DNA of 63,982 nucleotides, filler included, from Collodictyon triciliatum (lineage: Eukaryota), in assembly GCA_043381765.1 (NCBI GenBank). It is 3 parts of 3 records of this genome, joined end to end, with 100 filler letters (N's around TTAATTAATTAA, not from the genome) between each part and the next. Parts side by side here need not be neighbours in the genome. Positions count along the whole stretch, not along the records: positions 1 to 27,502 come from JBHJMP010000994.1; 2 more parts are not named here. The stretch is one strand, 5' to 3'. Of this stretch, positions 10,814 to 25,610 are shown one piece after another. The translations under genes were made by a program, and so were the position numbers. Under the pieces are notes generated by a model, which saw nothing but the letters and a program-made list of their open reading frames with translations, was not told where the DNA came from and searched no databases. Every line of letters starts with the position of its first letter. The stretch's first letter is position 1.

Positions 10814-12847
10814 ATGGCCTCGTCGCCCTTCATCTATCGATCAGGAACACCGATCCTTCACGTTTCCCCTGCCCGTCGGTACATGGCCGAGCCCACCCCA
10901 GCCTTGCACACGGCCACGGGGTATTCTTATTGATAACCAGTATCAAAGACTAACTTTTTTTTAACATTTATTTTCATTTCTATTTTTTGAAGGAAAAAAA
11001 AAGGCAACATAAAAAGCAAATAGTCGATAATAAGATCATTCATAATAAGAAAAAACAACAACAGAAACCACTTTACGCCAGCAACACCCACGGCAGTGAC
11101 GGGAAGCCGAGTGTCCACAGACTCTGTCCCTCTTGCGCGCCCAAGCAGCAACCGCAGCCTGACTCCCACCGTGATCTACGCCTCGAGAGCACACACACCC
11201 GTCTCTGTGGTTGCACGACCCACGCATTTGGCAGCCCCGGTTGTATCTGCGGTCTCGTATCCAACCCCGCTTCTTCCCGCTGCTCCAGCCCCGGTTATCT
11301 ATCGCCCGCCTTCTCCTCAAATTATCCCTGCCCAATACCTTGATCCACCCGTCAATATATACTCTTCCCAAAATGCTTATGTTGCCCCAACAAGCCGCTC
11401 ATTCAATCTGGCTGATTACATGCACGCCAGCAACCAAGTGCCGGACTTGCAACCACCCATCGACTACTTGGCTAACCAGCCGAAAGCCGGTGCCGCCTCA
11501 AACGCCCCTGTGATGCGCCCGAGTATGAAAAACTACATCGAGTCTGTGCGTGTGCAGAGGGCCGAAGATGAGGCAGCCAGGCATCGCGCAGAAGCCGAAA
11601 ACGCCCGGAATCGCTCTGTGGAGGTGGAGCGTTATCTGCTAGAGGCCAAGAAAGCCCAAGAGGATGCAGAGGCTCGGTTGGAGAAAGAACGCCAGAGGGC
11701 TGAGGATGAACGGAAGAAAATCGAGTTGGATTTGAAGCGGGCCGAGGATGCCCGTTTGCAGGCAGAGAGGGAAAAAGACGATGCCCAGATGAAGGCTGAG
11801 CGTGCTGAGCTAGAAAAGCAGCAAGCCAAGAAACAAGCCGAGGAAGCAGAAAGACAGCTTTCCATCATCAACAGCACTCGTAACTCAATAGATTTGACCC
11901 ACAGCGCGTCCCAGCGTTCATTCCAAACAGGTCATGTTGCACCTCCCCAGGTGGCTGCCACTGCAAACTTTCCGCAGTACGTGACGGCACCCATATCTTC
12001 TCTGCAAATGGCACAAGGGAACACAGCCTACTCAAGCTCCAGCAATCCAATCATCTATCCAATGACCACACATGTTGTCGCTCCAACCGCCACACCAGAG
12101 ACAAACTATGCAGCTTATGAAACCCCTCAACCCCAAGCAAGAGCCTTTTCGATGCCCCACCAAACTGCACCTCAACAGGCTGCCCTGCAAACATCTACCT
12201 TTACAAACCCTCCAAATGCTTCGCCAAGCATCTCGAGCATGACCGCAAATTCGCATCAGGATTCTGTTCTTGTTGGCCCGGTGCCTTCTCATGTTCCCGC
12301 CCGAAGCTCAAGCATCAACCCGCTCACTGGGAAGCTCAGGTCTGGCTCTCCTTCCCCGTCGCTATCATCCATCCCTAGCACCTCGAGCATCTCGTACCAA
12401 GTCCCTGTTTCCAACCCGACTTTTGGTTCTGGCACCACCTCGCAGAATGCCAGCCGCAGCCTCAGCGCAAGCTTTATGAATCCCACTTTCAGCACTCAGC
12501 CTCAAGTCAACCCTCCTCCAACCATTCCGACATCCGCATTTATAGCGCAACCAAATGCCAATACATCTGTTTCGCACAACATGACCCCAGGCTCTGCCGG
12601 CACGCTCGTTCCAGCTCCAAATCCAATCCCTGCCAATGTTGCGCCTTCTCCGCCACTCACAGCCAACGTCAATCCACTGACAGGTAAGCCACGACCAACA
12701 TCACCAGCCCCTGTGGTCGCCCCAGGAACTCCGAACCCAGGCTTAAACACACAGGTTTCAAACGCCGCGCCTGTCGTTGTTCCTGCCCCGGCCGCCCCAG
12801 CACCGACCAACCAGCACGTTTCATCCTCCCGCAATTTTGACTTTTGA
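10814..12847 (+). CDS. Uncharacterised Pro/Ser/Thr-rich disordered protein with a longer central coiled coil and two [IV]NPLTGK motifs (paralog B), 2 exons
   Basis: Exon 10814-10920 (MASSPFIYRSGTPILHVSP...) joins the long ORF in frame through a GT-AG intron at 10921-11064. The E/K/R/A-rich coiled coil spans about 11540-11870. Confidence 0.8.
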
Positions 12848-13540
12848 TAAAGCCCCTTCGAGATGCTTCAAGCAACAGACATGTTTCACGCTTCCAACCG
12901 AATCCGGAGCGGATTATCTCTTCATCCAAACCCATGAAAAGCTTTTCAAGAGTTAAAAAGATAAAAAAAAAATAAAAAAAAAAAGCAAAATAAAGCTCCC
13001 ATCAAACTACACCCTACACTAACGAATACGCATACAATTCAACATATATAGTTTAACTTCTGGAATCTTTCAGAATTTTCTGTCCACGGAAGGGATTCGG
13101 ACTATTTGCTATTTGGTACATAGGGTCGAAATAACTCTGTGGCTTACCTTTTTTGTATTCCAGATATATATATTTTATTAGAAAATTCAATCTGCTTTGA
13201 GTCCGAGATTCGATCAATCCACTTGAAATTAAGACGAAAAAAATAAAAAAAAATACAATCACAATCGCAATCGCAAGGAAGATTCGAATCTGATACAAAG
13301 TATACCAGAGACACAAGCCCTGATCTGATTCCAACCATACGCAAGATATTCTTTTGTCCGCAGAATTGGCTCCAACTTAGACCGCTTCATTGCAGTCTAG
13401 TTCACAAAAACAAACCTTTTTTCCTTCACTGTTCTCTATATTTCTCTTTTTCCCTCTTTACTTGTTTTACGGAGCTCTCTATATTTTATTTTTATTGAAC
13501 ACAAGCCCGCCAGCTCACTTCTTTCCTTGCAGAACACGTA

Positions 13541-16500
13541 ATGTCAGCCGAAGATCCCGAGCAAGATCCTGATCTTCTTCTTGCCATCGCCCTTTCAAAG
13601 TCCCTTGAGGTACTTTGAGTTTCCTATGTGCTGAGTCTTATGTTCTACATCACAACTCCAAGGATCTTGGTTTTCTTTCTCGTTCTCTTCCGCGTTTCAT
13701 GGTTTTTGTTTCTTCTTTGTCCAAACCTTTTCTTACACGAGTCTAAATGCATCTTTGGTTTCGCTACGCACTTCTCTTCCTGGACGCTCAAGGAACACGC
13801 GAATGCGGGCCCGAGTTCCAGTGGATTTGACGAGGTCGCAGATGAAACCGCTCAAGCACTGAGCGTTGCTGAAGAGACTACACAGCCTCCACCATCGGAT
13901 CAGTCACAGACAAAAAAGAGGAAGGCCAGTCTCGGAAGCCGTCAGAATTCGCAGACTATGACCAGCCCAACCGCACTGAGCCCAACTTCAAGCCTGAGCC
14001 CCCAAGCGGTCGAGGCCAGGAAGGAATTTGAAGTGTGTCATATTTACACTTATAGTGGCATATTCAGTGTCTTCTGTTCATCCCCCTCTTTTTCTCTCTC
14101 CAAGTTCAATACAGAGCGTGTCTTTTTTTTAAAAAAATGCGTATTAGAATAATCTATATTTTTGAATGAAATACTAGACTCTTTAGTTCATTTCATCCCT
14201 TTGATTCATATATGTATTTCTCCCCACCGATTATTTTCCAGGACCTTGTTCAGCGCATATCATCGCAGTGCAACAAATCGCAACTCAATTCACAGAGCAT
14301 TGTCGACGACTCGATCGCACTTTTCACCAAACTTGTTAGTCATTCTTCATTCCCCATAGTTATTTTTTTTTTGGCCACCTCAAAATATCATGTATTCATG
14401 AACGTTCACAAATAATGCATCGATGTACACCTTTATATTTACACTCACAACCTCCTAAATCATATGTTTGTATTGATTTTTTTGTATTCCAGAGAAGAAT
14501 GGATCTGATTCAACCGGACCATATCCTATTTTTCAGTGGGATCATTTACTCCCTCGCAAATCTCAAGATGAGCCCTGAAATGGCTAGTAAGTCCCTGGTT
14601 CCTCTTCTCCTTTTTTGAAATCCCTCAGCAACAAGGTTAATACTGCCTGTAACAACCGATCAAAAAGTAAAGAATGATAATTTATCGATTATTCTTAATT
14701 TTTGCATTATTTCCCCACAAAGTATCCTTGGATCATAGAAAGGTTTATCATCTGGCAATATTGCTCATGAAGACCTCCTTACACTGGACATCCCAGGTTC
14801 TATCACTGCCCTCCGATGAAGCAGAGGTAATTACATTTTTTTCACTTTATATGTAATGTCAAGAACAAAGATAAACGTACCATGAATGCGCCTAAGCGGT
14901 TGTAATTCCACCTCATCGAACCATACGGATCGACGATTTATTTACTTACATTCCTTCTTACGAATGCTGAACCTCCATGTCATGTTCTGATCTGCACGAA
15001 AGTCCTCCAAAGAGTCCCCCTCAGTTAGTGCCTTTCTTGATAATATCCACGAATAAATAGCAAAAGAAAATTCACCTAGTAATATACACATGGATTATTT
15101 AAATGATTTATCGCAAATATACATAGCTCAAAATCGTCCGAATCCTGCAACTGCTATTTCTGAGTCTGGGACACCTCTCTGGATTTGACAACAAGAAGTG
15201 GACCTTAACTGTAGCTGAGAAAAAGGTTTGCGAAAGGAGAAGTCTTTTCATATTTATAATTGATCTCCTGTCTCCAGTTTTGTCCTTGAATGATTACTGT
15301 TGATTTTTAATGTTTTTTCCTTCTTCCTTTATTCGATTCAAAGCATTGTTGACATTTCATGTTAATTTATTTCCCACTCAACCCACAGCAAGACATATTA
15401 TCGAAAATCCCAAGTTTCGATGGAATCTCATTTGATGACCCAAAATCGCCAACTTACAAACCATCACCAGAGACTCGATCTCTCAGTCTCACAGACATTA
15501 AAGTCGCAGGTTAGCTATACCTAAATTTCAACAGTATGTCACCATCGATTTCCCCCATTTTCTCTCTCTATATTTTGCAAATATAAATTTTCACCATACT
15601 CCTTTTGTGACAGATCCACCTCGACCTATCTCTGGAATGGCATATCTTGTCTTCAAATCTTTGGATGAAGGAAACATATCATCACGAGCCCAATTCCAAA
15701 ATCTTTACGACCTCCCATTACCTGGAAGTAATGAGGATTCTACCTCAGCAGATGCTATGATGGGGGCAAAAGATAGCGGTATCGACGACCAAGAATATCA
15801 ATCCCTTGAATTCCATGCAAATCCAGAAGCAACCCCATCCAAGTGATAATCTAACTTTTCTATTTCTTTTATTTTTATTTTAACAATTTTTGTATATAAA
15901 TTGACGCATTTTTTCTTCTAAATTAAAATCACCACTCTTCTGAACATCTGCCACAAATTTATAGATCAAGTGCGACACTGCTTTCAATCTGCAGCCATGA
16001 AATTCGAATCAATTTGGGCCACATACAGTACCTATCAAAGATCTCTAAGCTCCTTGATTACATCACATTATCTGTGAAGCAGACAAAAGACACCTCTCTA
16101 CTTGTACAACTATTGAAGTTTGTCCATGTTATTACGACATTCTTGTGTTGGTTTGATACTGCGCACCAAGGTAGTTTGCTCTTTTTTTCTTTTCCAAAGA
16201 ATTATTCCTATTTTTCTGTACTTTTCTATCTTCCATTTTGATTGCCTTACATATCTTGTTCGAATGAATTGCAGACTCTAATACGATTGGAAAGCTTTTT
16301 GAGTTCCTGGCCATATCATTTGATGCTTTCGACAATCCACTCTTTCTGGGCGATAATGGACCCACCAACGATATTGTTTTGTCTGCAACTAATGTATGCA
16401 CTTTGCTTCAAAGAATTTGCCTTTGCCTGTATATCTACCAGTCAATAGTTTTCAGCTGAAGTGATTGATTAATGAATCTTTTTTTTTTATAAAAACTTGC

Positions 16501-19500
16501 AATTTATTTCAGGTTATCAACGAGATGACTCGATATTTTGGACGTTTCTCATATTCTGCTGTGCTGATTCCCAATTTCAGAGCGTGGGTCTACACAAAAA
16601 TTATGGAAAATATTGATCGCGTTGACAAAGCAACTGATCCAGTCGGCTCTCCAAAGTAATCACACATTTTATAAGAATTTTTGACTTTTATTTTTAATGA
16701 ATTTTGCATAATTCCTTTTTTTTTAAAAAAAAAATATCTTATTGACCAAATTTCCCACACAAAATGACCATATTATAGTTCTTTCTTACCAGATTTCTTC
16801 AGTAATAGCGCGAAGCTTGTAAGTTTATATCCACATTTTTATTTTCAGTAATAATTCAAAAATATCAGATAATTATTGCAAGAGTGCTTCATGATAATAT
16901 GATATTACCTACAACTAGTATTTGCTTCCTTTGGCTTTTGAACAGTTCCGCTTCATCAAGACTTTCAACCCTGTATGTGTCAAATTTTATGAACCATATT
17001 TTTTTCTGTGTGGTTATCATCTTCACTATTCTTTTCATTTTAAGAAAAAAAATGATGTTAAAATACTACTTTGCCGCTTCGATGAAATATTTAATCTAAT
17101 TTCGCAACCCGAAAGACCGTCGCCGCATCGAACATACCCAAGGAATCCTTCAAGCTTTTCATAAACGAGCAATCATTCGATGCCTGCCAAATTATACCTA
17201 AACGTCAGCTCTTGGCCAATATGCTATCAAAAACTGTCCAGAGGACATTCAGACTATTACTTTCGATTGCTCCTGAAGTATTTACCATCCCTTTAAATCA
17301 CTATAAACATATCATTCTTCGCATCTATAAAATTTTTCGACCATTTTATTAGACCTCCTAATGAATGAAAACTATAAAAGGGTGATTCATCGGTTAATGA
17401 TGTGGCTGTCTCCTCGGATATGATGTCAGAAGATAGCTTAAGAGGTACTGAAGCATTACTGGCGGGATACCACGCACAATATCTCCTTGTTTTTTTTTTT
17501 TTGTAATATTTTTTCTTTTCAAAAAAAAAAAATAAAGCTTGCGAGGCCGAGGAAACAGACTTACTTGGCGCCCTTTTCAACGAGAGTGAAGGCCAAGGAT
17601 TGAGAGCAGCCGAGAAAAAAAACATAGTATGCGCTCTTAATTTTCCGTTCATAAAGCTGTTTTCTAATTTTATTTTATTTTTTATCGTAAATATATGTCT
17701 CTTAACTGTTTGTTAACACCTAGGCTTTCACTCCCTCTCTGGAAAAAGTTCTCGTCGGTTTAGTGCAATTTGCAGAATCTATCCTACACGAGACATCTTT
17801 GTTCATGAAAGAAAAAATATCACCCAAGTAAAAATCTATATCTATATCTATATTTTTTCAAAGAAATTACAAGTTTAGAGAAATCGCAATAGTTTTGCAT
17901 CATGTGGATATGAAGTACATAAAGTTTAATGATGTAGTATGTGCTCATATCATCATCACTTTTTTGTCCCCTGTGATATCTAGAGTATTCTTTGGGACAT
18001 CAGAATCGATCACATATATTTCTGTTCTGTCGATGATTCGCCCAATTTCATCTACTTGTATGTCCTAATGCTTTACAAACCATTTGCCTTAATAAAAAGT
18101 CCATTTTATGAATTTTTAGGATATTTTAATGAAAGCACACTATATTTCCTTTTGTTCCTCCCCATATATGTATTCGCTATTGTAATTTCATATAATCTAT
18201 TTCACGCTCAGGGATATCACTATATCATGCCGTGGTTGGCTTTGGTACAAAGTTAATCACAAACTCGTGGATGCACCCATCTTTTATGGTAATTTCTTCG
18301 GCGCCAAACCAACCCATAATAGCTATTCACTCGGCAATAAATCACTGTGGCTCACCTCTCACTCTCTTACCTCCTATAATAGGCAGAATTCCATCAGGCC
18401 CTTTGCAATCCCTCCAAGAATTTATGGATTCCCACCCGTGAAACTCTGACTTTTGTCATCAAATTACACATGTTTCAGGTTGCGACAGAATGTCCAGGTA
18501 AACTATACCTAACTCTAACGAACATAAAACGCTGATTCAATCATCATTTGACTGGTGCCATCACGTGCATGCATTCATTTTCTATGGTATCCTTCCTTTT
18601 CAACATCATACCAATTTTTTTTTACCTTTTTATTCTTCTTCAGGATTGGAATTCTCCTCAAAAACGATCCTCGCTACCTTGCATGCAATTTATGACGGAA
18701 AAATTGAATACGACTTTACCCAATCCGTCAAGTATGACCTTATGGTCCTAGCGTGTTCTCTGTATGGTATTGCATCACCAAAGGACAAATCCCACTTTTT
18801 CAACTCGCTGCTTGGGTATCTAAAAGTAGCCGGAACCGCTGAACTTCGCTACCACATCCTTCTTTTAGTAGAATGTAATAGTTTCATATATAAAAAAATC
18901 AGTGCAACACTTTGTATCTTCGCTAACTCTACTACCTGGATACACATGTAGACATGACTCAAAACCATGTTGAGATGAACTCAGGGCTTGGAGATTATCT
19001 CAAGACATTTATGGAGGCAAAGAAGGAGAACGAATCATCGGTAATCTATTCAGTATATCTTTTTGCTGAATAATATACTCCGAAGCACTAGACATTGCCA
19101 ATTAAATATGAGGTTTACTTCCATAGGTCCAGTCCGACAGTCAGTTACCTCTCAGTCAATACTACTTGAAATATGCTGCTCTAGATATGTAAGTAAAAAA
19201 CAAATGCCAACATGTTTTTTTTTAATATATTCTAATAACAGGCCAATTCAATACTAGCTCTCTAAAATTTCAATAGTATTTTCATGAATGTACCTCGCTT
19301 TGATAAAAAAATTTCTAAAAAAAAACAATTCAGGAAGTCGAAATTTGTTCAGCTCCCATCAAGCAACAAAAAGTACTCAATCTCGCCTTTCAAGATAGTG
19401 AAACCTTCTGAATCCATTTTCAATCTAACCAAAGACATTACTAGCCATTATCCTAACCAATATTTAATTGATCGATTTATATATATTTGTTAATGCCAAT

Positions 19501-21272
19501 ATGTACTCAGGGTGTCACAGATTTCGTTTTCATCCCTTATTGGAGTCGGGGATGAGATTGAGACATTCATACATCTGTTGGAACTCTCCTCTGACGAAGG
19601 GATAGTTGCGTCGAATACGGAGGGTAATTTGGTGAATCCTTGAGACCTTAGTTACTAGAATTACTCGAATCCTCCCAGCTAATCACTGTTGTTGCTCCCG
19701 ATGACAGATTATGTCCAAATCGACATGATATATTCGACGTTCCAGAGGCTCGTTTCTCCTGTGTCTCTACCTCTCGAAGTCGTTGTAAAGCATCTAGAAA
19801 CAATCGGGTCGAAATCACTTGGAATTCACTTCCTGCTGACTACCCTATGCAACATTTCGATCGAAAGTATGGTTCCTAGATGGGCCCTTAATTCATTTGC
19901 GAATACTGTATATATCCATGATTATACCCAGGGAGCATGTATTTGCTCAACAATTAATCAATCCTTCAAACTATTACATAAACGACTATTACACACTCAC
20001 CGACCGATACTATAGCTCGTTCAGAAGACATTGAAGGGTATTCCATGGTTATCGATGTGAGTTCATCAATGCATAATAAGCTAGTCCTATTTTAGACAGA
20101 ATATTCTGCAGTTTTAATTGTCTGCAAAATATTTCTTTAACGAACAACACTACGCACCTACACAGTTTGTAACGAGAAAGCTGATCGATATTGTGTCTCA
20201 ACCACAAAGTAATGCACCTTTTACAAAGCATCCTTTTTACTTTATCACTATTCTCTCCTTTCCCCCTCTTATAATCACCAATATCAATATCCATACAGAT
20301 TGCATTCACAAGAGAGTCTACACCCTCTACACTTCTGCTATTGCAACGTTCAGCTACTTAATCAGCATACTCTCGAAAAAATCAGCAGCTGAGAATGAAA
20401 TGGACACAGAGGGCGCTGAATCACCAGTAAATACATGTTCCCCACCCCCGCATTTTTCAACCCTAACTTATTGCTGTAATTTTAAAGAATGAATCTTTGA
20501 TTCTTATTGTATTGTTTATGTTAGCTTCTTCGTCACGTATTCACGCGGATTTCTGATTTGCTTTTGGTCTTCACATCAAACCTGATGCTCTCATTCAAAT
20601 GTAAGTAAATTCTTTTCATGTCCAGGTGCCATATTGCATTTGTAATTTGTTCTTCTCTTCTCTGAAATACCAACAAATCTTTTAATGAATAGCATCTTTT
20701 GCCACCCTGCTCAACCTTGGTTTGACTGACATCGATGTTGTCTATATCCTCACTGAGGCCGGGGTTCCATTCGACATCCTCATCTCAATTTTGAAGGTTT
20801 AGACCAACTATTCCCGCCTCCATTACGATTTCTCCCACATTTTTTATGTTTCCAATGTTAACCAATAACATTTCTTCATTTCATTTTTTTTAATGAAAAA
20901 ATGTTTTTAGAATCTCAATTGTGCCCCTGAAAGCGTAACGTCTCTCGAGAACGTTTTTAAGAATGGTTTATCCAAGCCCCTTCTATCGAAGCTTGTGTCG
21001 CTTCCCAAGGGAACAACCCAAGAAACATTCAAAAATATGGTATAGTTCCTCCTCGCTGAAAGAATACACAAACTTGCTATGTATTCACTACACAAACATA
21101 AGTTCATTGAAATCGACGTGAACTTGCACTTCTGACAAAGACTTACGATTACAATCGCAAATTCAATAGCTTCTTGAGGTATCACTTCTATTGGGCGTAT
21201 CTGACCCGACGTTGGTTCAGTCGACCATACCATATCACAAAAAAACCCCTTTTCCTCTTAATTAAGTTGTTG

Positions 21273-21312
<40 letters not shown>

Positions 21313-21510
21313 CGATTTATGGTGCGCATCTTATTAACCGATGGGGTATATAACTCCCTTTTCAAACAAAAATAAAAAATTCTTGACAAATTCCCACTCT
21401 TGTGCTGATGTTCGAGACCCTCGAATTCTCTATCAATTTTATCTCAGAAAATCTCCCAAGCTTCGAAAAAATTCATGGAGGTATCTATTCAACAATTTAT
21501 CATAGTTGGG

Positions 21511-21606
<96 letters not shown>

Positions 21607-24600
21607 GCGAAAATATAATTGTAAATTGTATATTCAGAACACTTTCATATGACCATATACACACATTAGACGAATTCCACCGGCTCTATTTCAGCATGAG
21701 CTTCCAAGCCAGCATACACTCTGTCTACTCAAAGATTAAAAACGCCTCCACGATTTTCCACAGAATCATAGATGACCCAGTTGCTGCGTCCTTCATCGTG
21801 GTAATTGTCTGCATAGATGATCAGTATAAAACCAACATTTCATTTTCGGTTCAAAAGATAATTTTATCTTTGAGATGCATTTAAAAAACAAAAACAAACA
21901 AAAACACACTTTTGGACAATTCAGGACACAGTGAAGCTGTCAAACCTCGAGAAACTGATCGAAACTATCCCATCAGCCGGTACTGTCTATGGAACATGAC
22001 ATAATACATTTATACTGGATCATTTGTCCACAGACACATTGACTAACTCATGGAATTATATTTTTCCAACAAAAAAAAAAAGGTCGTCAAGGAGAGAAAA
22101 CGCCAATAGACGAAAAGTTTGACTCGCATATCAAGAGCCTTCTTCCTGGATTTTCTTATCTTTTCCAATCTGCAGAGAGTCTATTTGAGGAAAATCAACG
22201 AATCTTTACTGTTGCTTATTATTATCTACGTTTGTACTACTGATTATTTTCAAAATTAAATTCTACTGTGTGCTTGGTCCATCATTCTATATATAAAAAA
22301 CTCAAAAAATACCAGATCTCAAAACTGGAATTCCCGAAGTTCTAGAAGCCAAGGTATTATGAATGTTATTATTTGTTTTTTATTCTATTTCTATTAATTT
22401 ATACAGCTTTAGTTTCGTGTAAGATTATTATAAATAAAAACAACACCAAACTCAGGTCCACATGACTGCACCTGTCTCAAGAAATCCCATAGCGCTGCTT
22501 GAGTTCTTGGCAAAATTAAGCTTCAAGACTCTTATGCTACAAACTATTCGAGTATTTACAAAGTTGTTGACTTTAGGAGCCTTTCCAGGTAACGATGAAC
22601 CTAGTGTTATTCTTTCATTCTTTCATTCTTTCATTCTTATCTCTGTACTGACTCTTTCTTTAAAGCTAATGGAGGTGCTTTTTTGAGCTATGAGGATATT
22701 TTTTGTTCAAATTTGTCAAAAATGGAACCGTCATTTATGGGTTTGTTTCATTTCATTTTATTTTTATGCGTGTATTTGTATTTCTTAAGTGTATATCTTC
22801 GAAAAATGAACAATTATTTTCTTGCCAATATCCTTTTTTTCTCCTAATTTTTCTTTTACTTAAGAAAATCTGTTGGCCAGAATTTTGTTCACAAAAACAT
22901 CTGCTGATGGCAAAGGTTTTATTCTCTCTTAAATTGTATATCTCGCTAGTAGAATTCAAGCAAACTGTAATACTCTATTGCTTACCCAACTATTCTCTTT
23001 TTGCTGTCGAATCACCACACAGAACCAGACCTAAGAGACTTGTCGAATCGCTTCATCAAACTTGTCTGTCAGCTTAAGGGACCTCAATCGAAAAGCGTCG
23101 CCGACAAATTCTACGCGCACCTAGTCCAGCTACTTCCATTTGTCATCAGTGAATCGCCAGAATTTGTCACTGTACTATTCATTCCCAAGAATTCCCCAAC
23201 TGCAATAGTTTAATGAAAATACTTGAAATTATACATTCGTTTACTCATTTACTAGAAATAAATACGGAGAAAATAAAATAAAAACTTTAGGATTACATGA
23301 GGGCTTTGTCAGAGTCTGCAGACACGAAAGAAAGGGTACTCGTTGTGGTCTCACAGCTCGAGTTTCTTGCCAATTCTCTTGAAGTGTCCATAGATACTCT
23401 TTCGGAGGAGTCTCTGTTATGTATTAACAAGCTGGTCAGCCTTTTCACGCTTTCTGGAGCTGACGGTTTGCAACTACAATACTTTAAAGTCTTATTTTCT
23501 GAAAAAAAGCATGCTGCAATGTCAAATTATTTATTCAAGTTAAATGGATTGAACAAATCTAATTTACTTTTATTAGTCGAAAGTAAAAACATGGACGTAG
23601 AGGCGGCTGACGAAAGGTCAGTTTCTCAAATTTTTGAACATTGATTAGTATTGAGCCAACCAACCAAACATAGTACATGATTTTTATATCAAGTCATCTG
23701 AACTATATATGTATGTGTAGCATTCCATTATGCACCTTTGTCAAGACTGGGAAAACGCATGAAGAACAACACTGGTATAACTGCTACACGTGCAAACTCG
23801 TATCCAATGAGGGATGCTGTTCTTCATGTGCTCGTAGTTGCCACGCTGGCCATGATTTGTCCTATGAAAAGTTTGGTAAATTCTATTGCGACTGTGGTTC
23901 CAACCCGCAGAGGCGATGCAAGGTATCATATTCCTGAAGCAGATTACTTGAATCATTTTCTCTGTAATATGTAACCCACTTGATACATATCGTCTTCGTT
24001 CTCATATCTACCATTAATCAGAGGTTAAAGGAGGAGTCCGAATCGGAGTGCAAATTTGTTCTTCCTCCGACGCTGGACCAGTATAGGTCCTACGCCAACG
24101 ACGCTGAAGGAGCAAAATATTCTCAAACGCAGAAGTCGATTGGCCTTGCGGTTAAAATCTACGAGGCAGACTCTGCCAAGTGCTGTACAATTCTGACTCG
24201 AATGTGCATGGTAGGATATTACGCATGAATTTTTTATTCTATATATTTATATATCTATTTTTTATATCATATAATTGTGAATTAATGACAAACAAATTTA
24301 AATCGCTATGTGATGTAACACTATCTTCCAATGTCATTCAAATCCCAATAACCCTCATTCACTCCTCAAATTGGTATAACATAAGATTGTTGCTTCAAAG
24401 ACATCATCTATTGATGCACCATCTGATAGTGGCATCACAATAACAACAGGCGGTTATCTTTCAAAGATTGATGCGTAAGATTACACGCCTACACAGCGCT
24501 ATCTTATATAAGCACTTGTTTGAACATATTTTATTCGTGCTTTGTTTTTGTTTTTGTTTTTTGTATGTTTGTTATGTTTTTTTCTCGATTTTATATTGAA

Positions 24601-25514
24601 TAAATGATACAAAATCAACTTCAATCAAATCAGGTGCGATATTTTTGAAAAGAAAAGGGCGTATAAATCGGGTGCATTCGACTTGAAGATTACGTCCGAT
24701 TCAAAAGAAGGAAAATTAATGAAGAGCCTTGTATCAGAAAAGAAAGTCACTCGCAGACTCTTATCAACAAGTGGAGGTACTGTTTCCCATTCGAAAAATT
24801 AAATATTATACTTTCGGCACGCTGGTTGTTAATCCGAATTACATACATCATCTCTCAAATATTGTGAGTGTATATATGTTGTTTACGGGAATCCACCACA
24901 GCTCCCATTTACTTAGTTGGACCTACAATTCAAATCACAGATCGCCTGTTGATCGCGGAGCACATGAACATCTCGATGTTCGATATCAATTCTATCTTCA
25001 ATGACTCAAGCTCAAGTCCCCTTGAGAAGGCATCAGCTGTTGCCATAATGAAACAAGCATGCAAATTCGACATTTCTCATCTGGTTGTGAATTCAAGAAA
25101 TCCGAATCACATAGCTGTTGCTGGTGTAATGGAATGCTCGGTATAATATTTTACGTTGACCAATGGTGCCTATTCACACCACGCTCTGTTACTATCTTTA
25201 AATGACATCCCAATCGTTTATTTTGAAGCAAATCTTGCCTTTCATTACAAACATGAAGGAATTTTGATATAAAAATTTTCATTCTACAAAGGTTTTTGTT
25301 CAAGACCAGACGCGTGATGCATATAAGACGATATCCATCCAGCTCTACGGCGAGCCCTCTGAGAGAGAATATATTATAGATGTAAAAAAAAAACAAAAAA
25401 CTTAAGCCAATCAGTTCATTCTTTGATATATTCATTTGCTAGATAATCTAATCACCTAGAAAAAGCTGTTTCAACTTGGACGGCTCGTGCCTTAATATTG
25501 ATTATACATATTCA

Positions 25515-25610
<96 letters not shown>

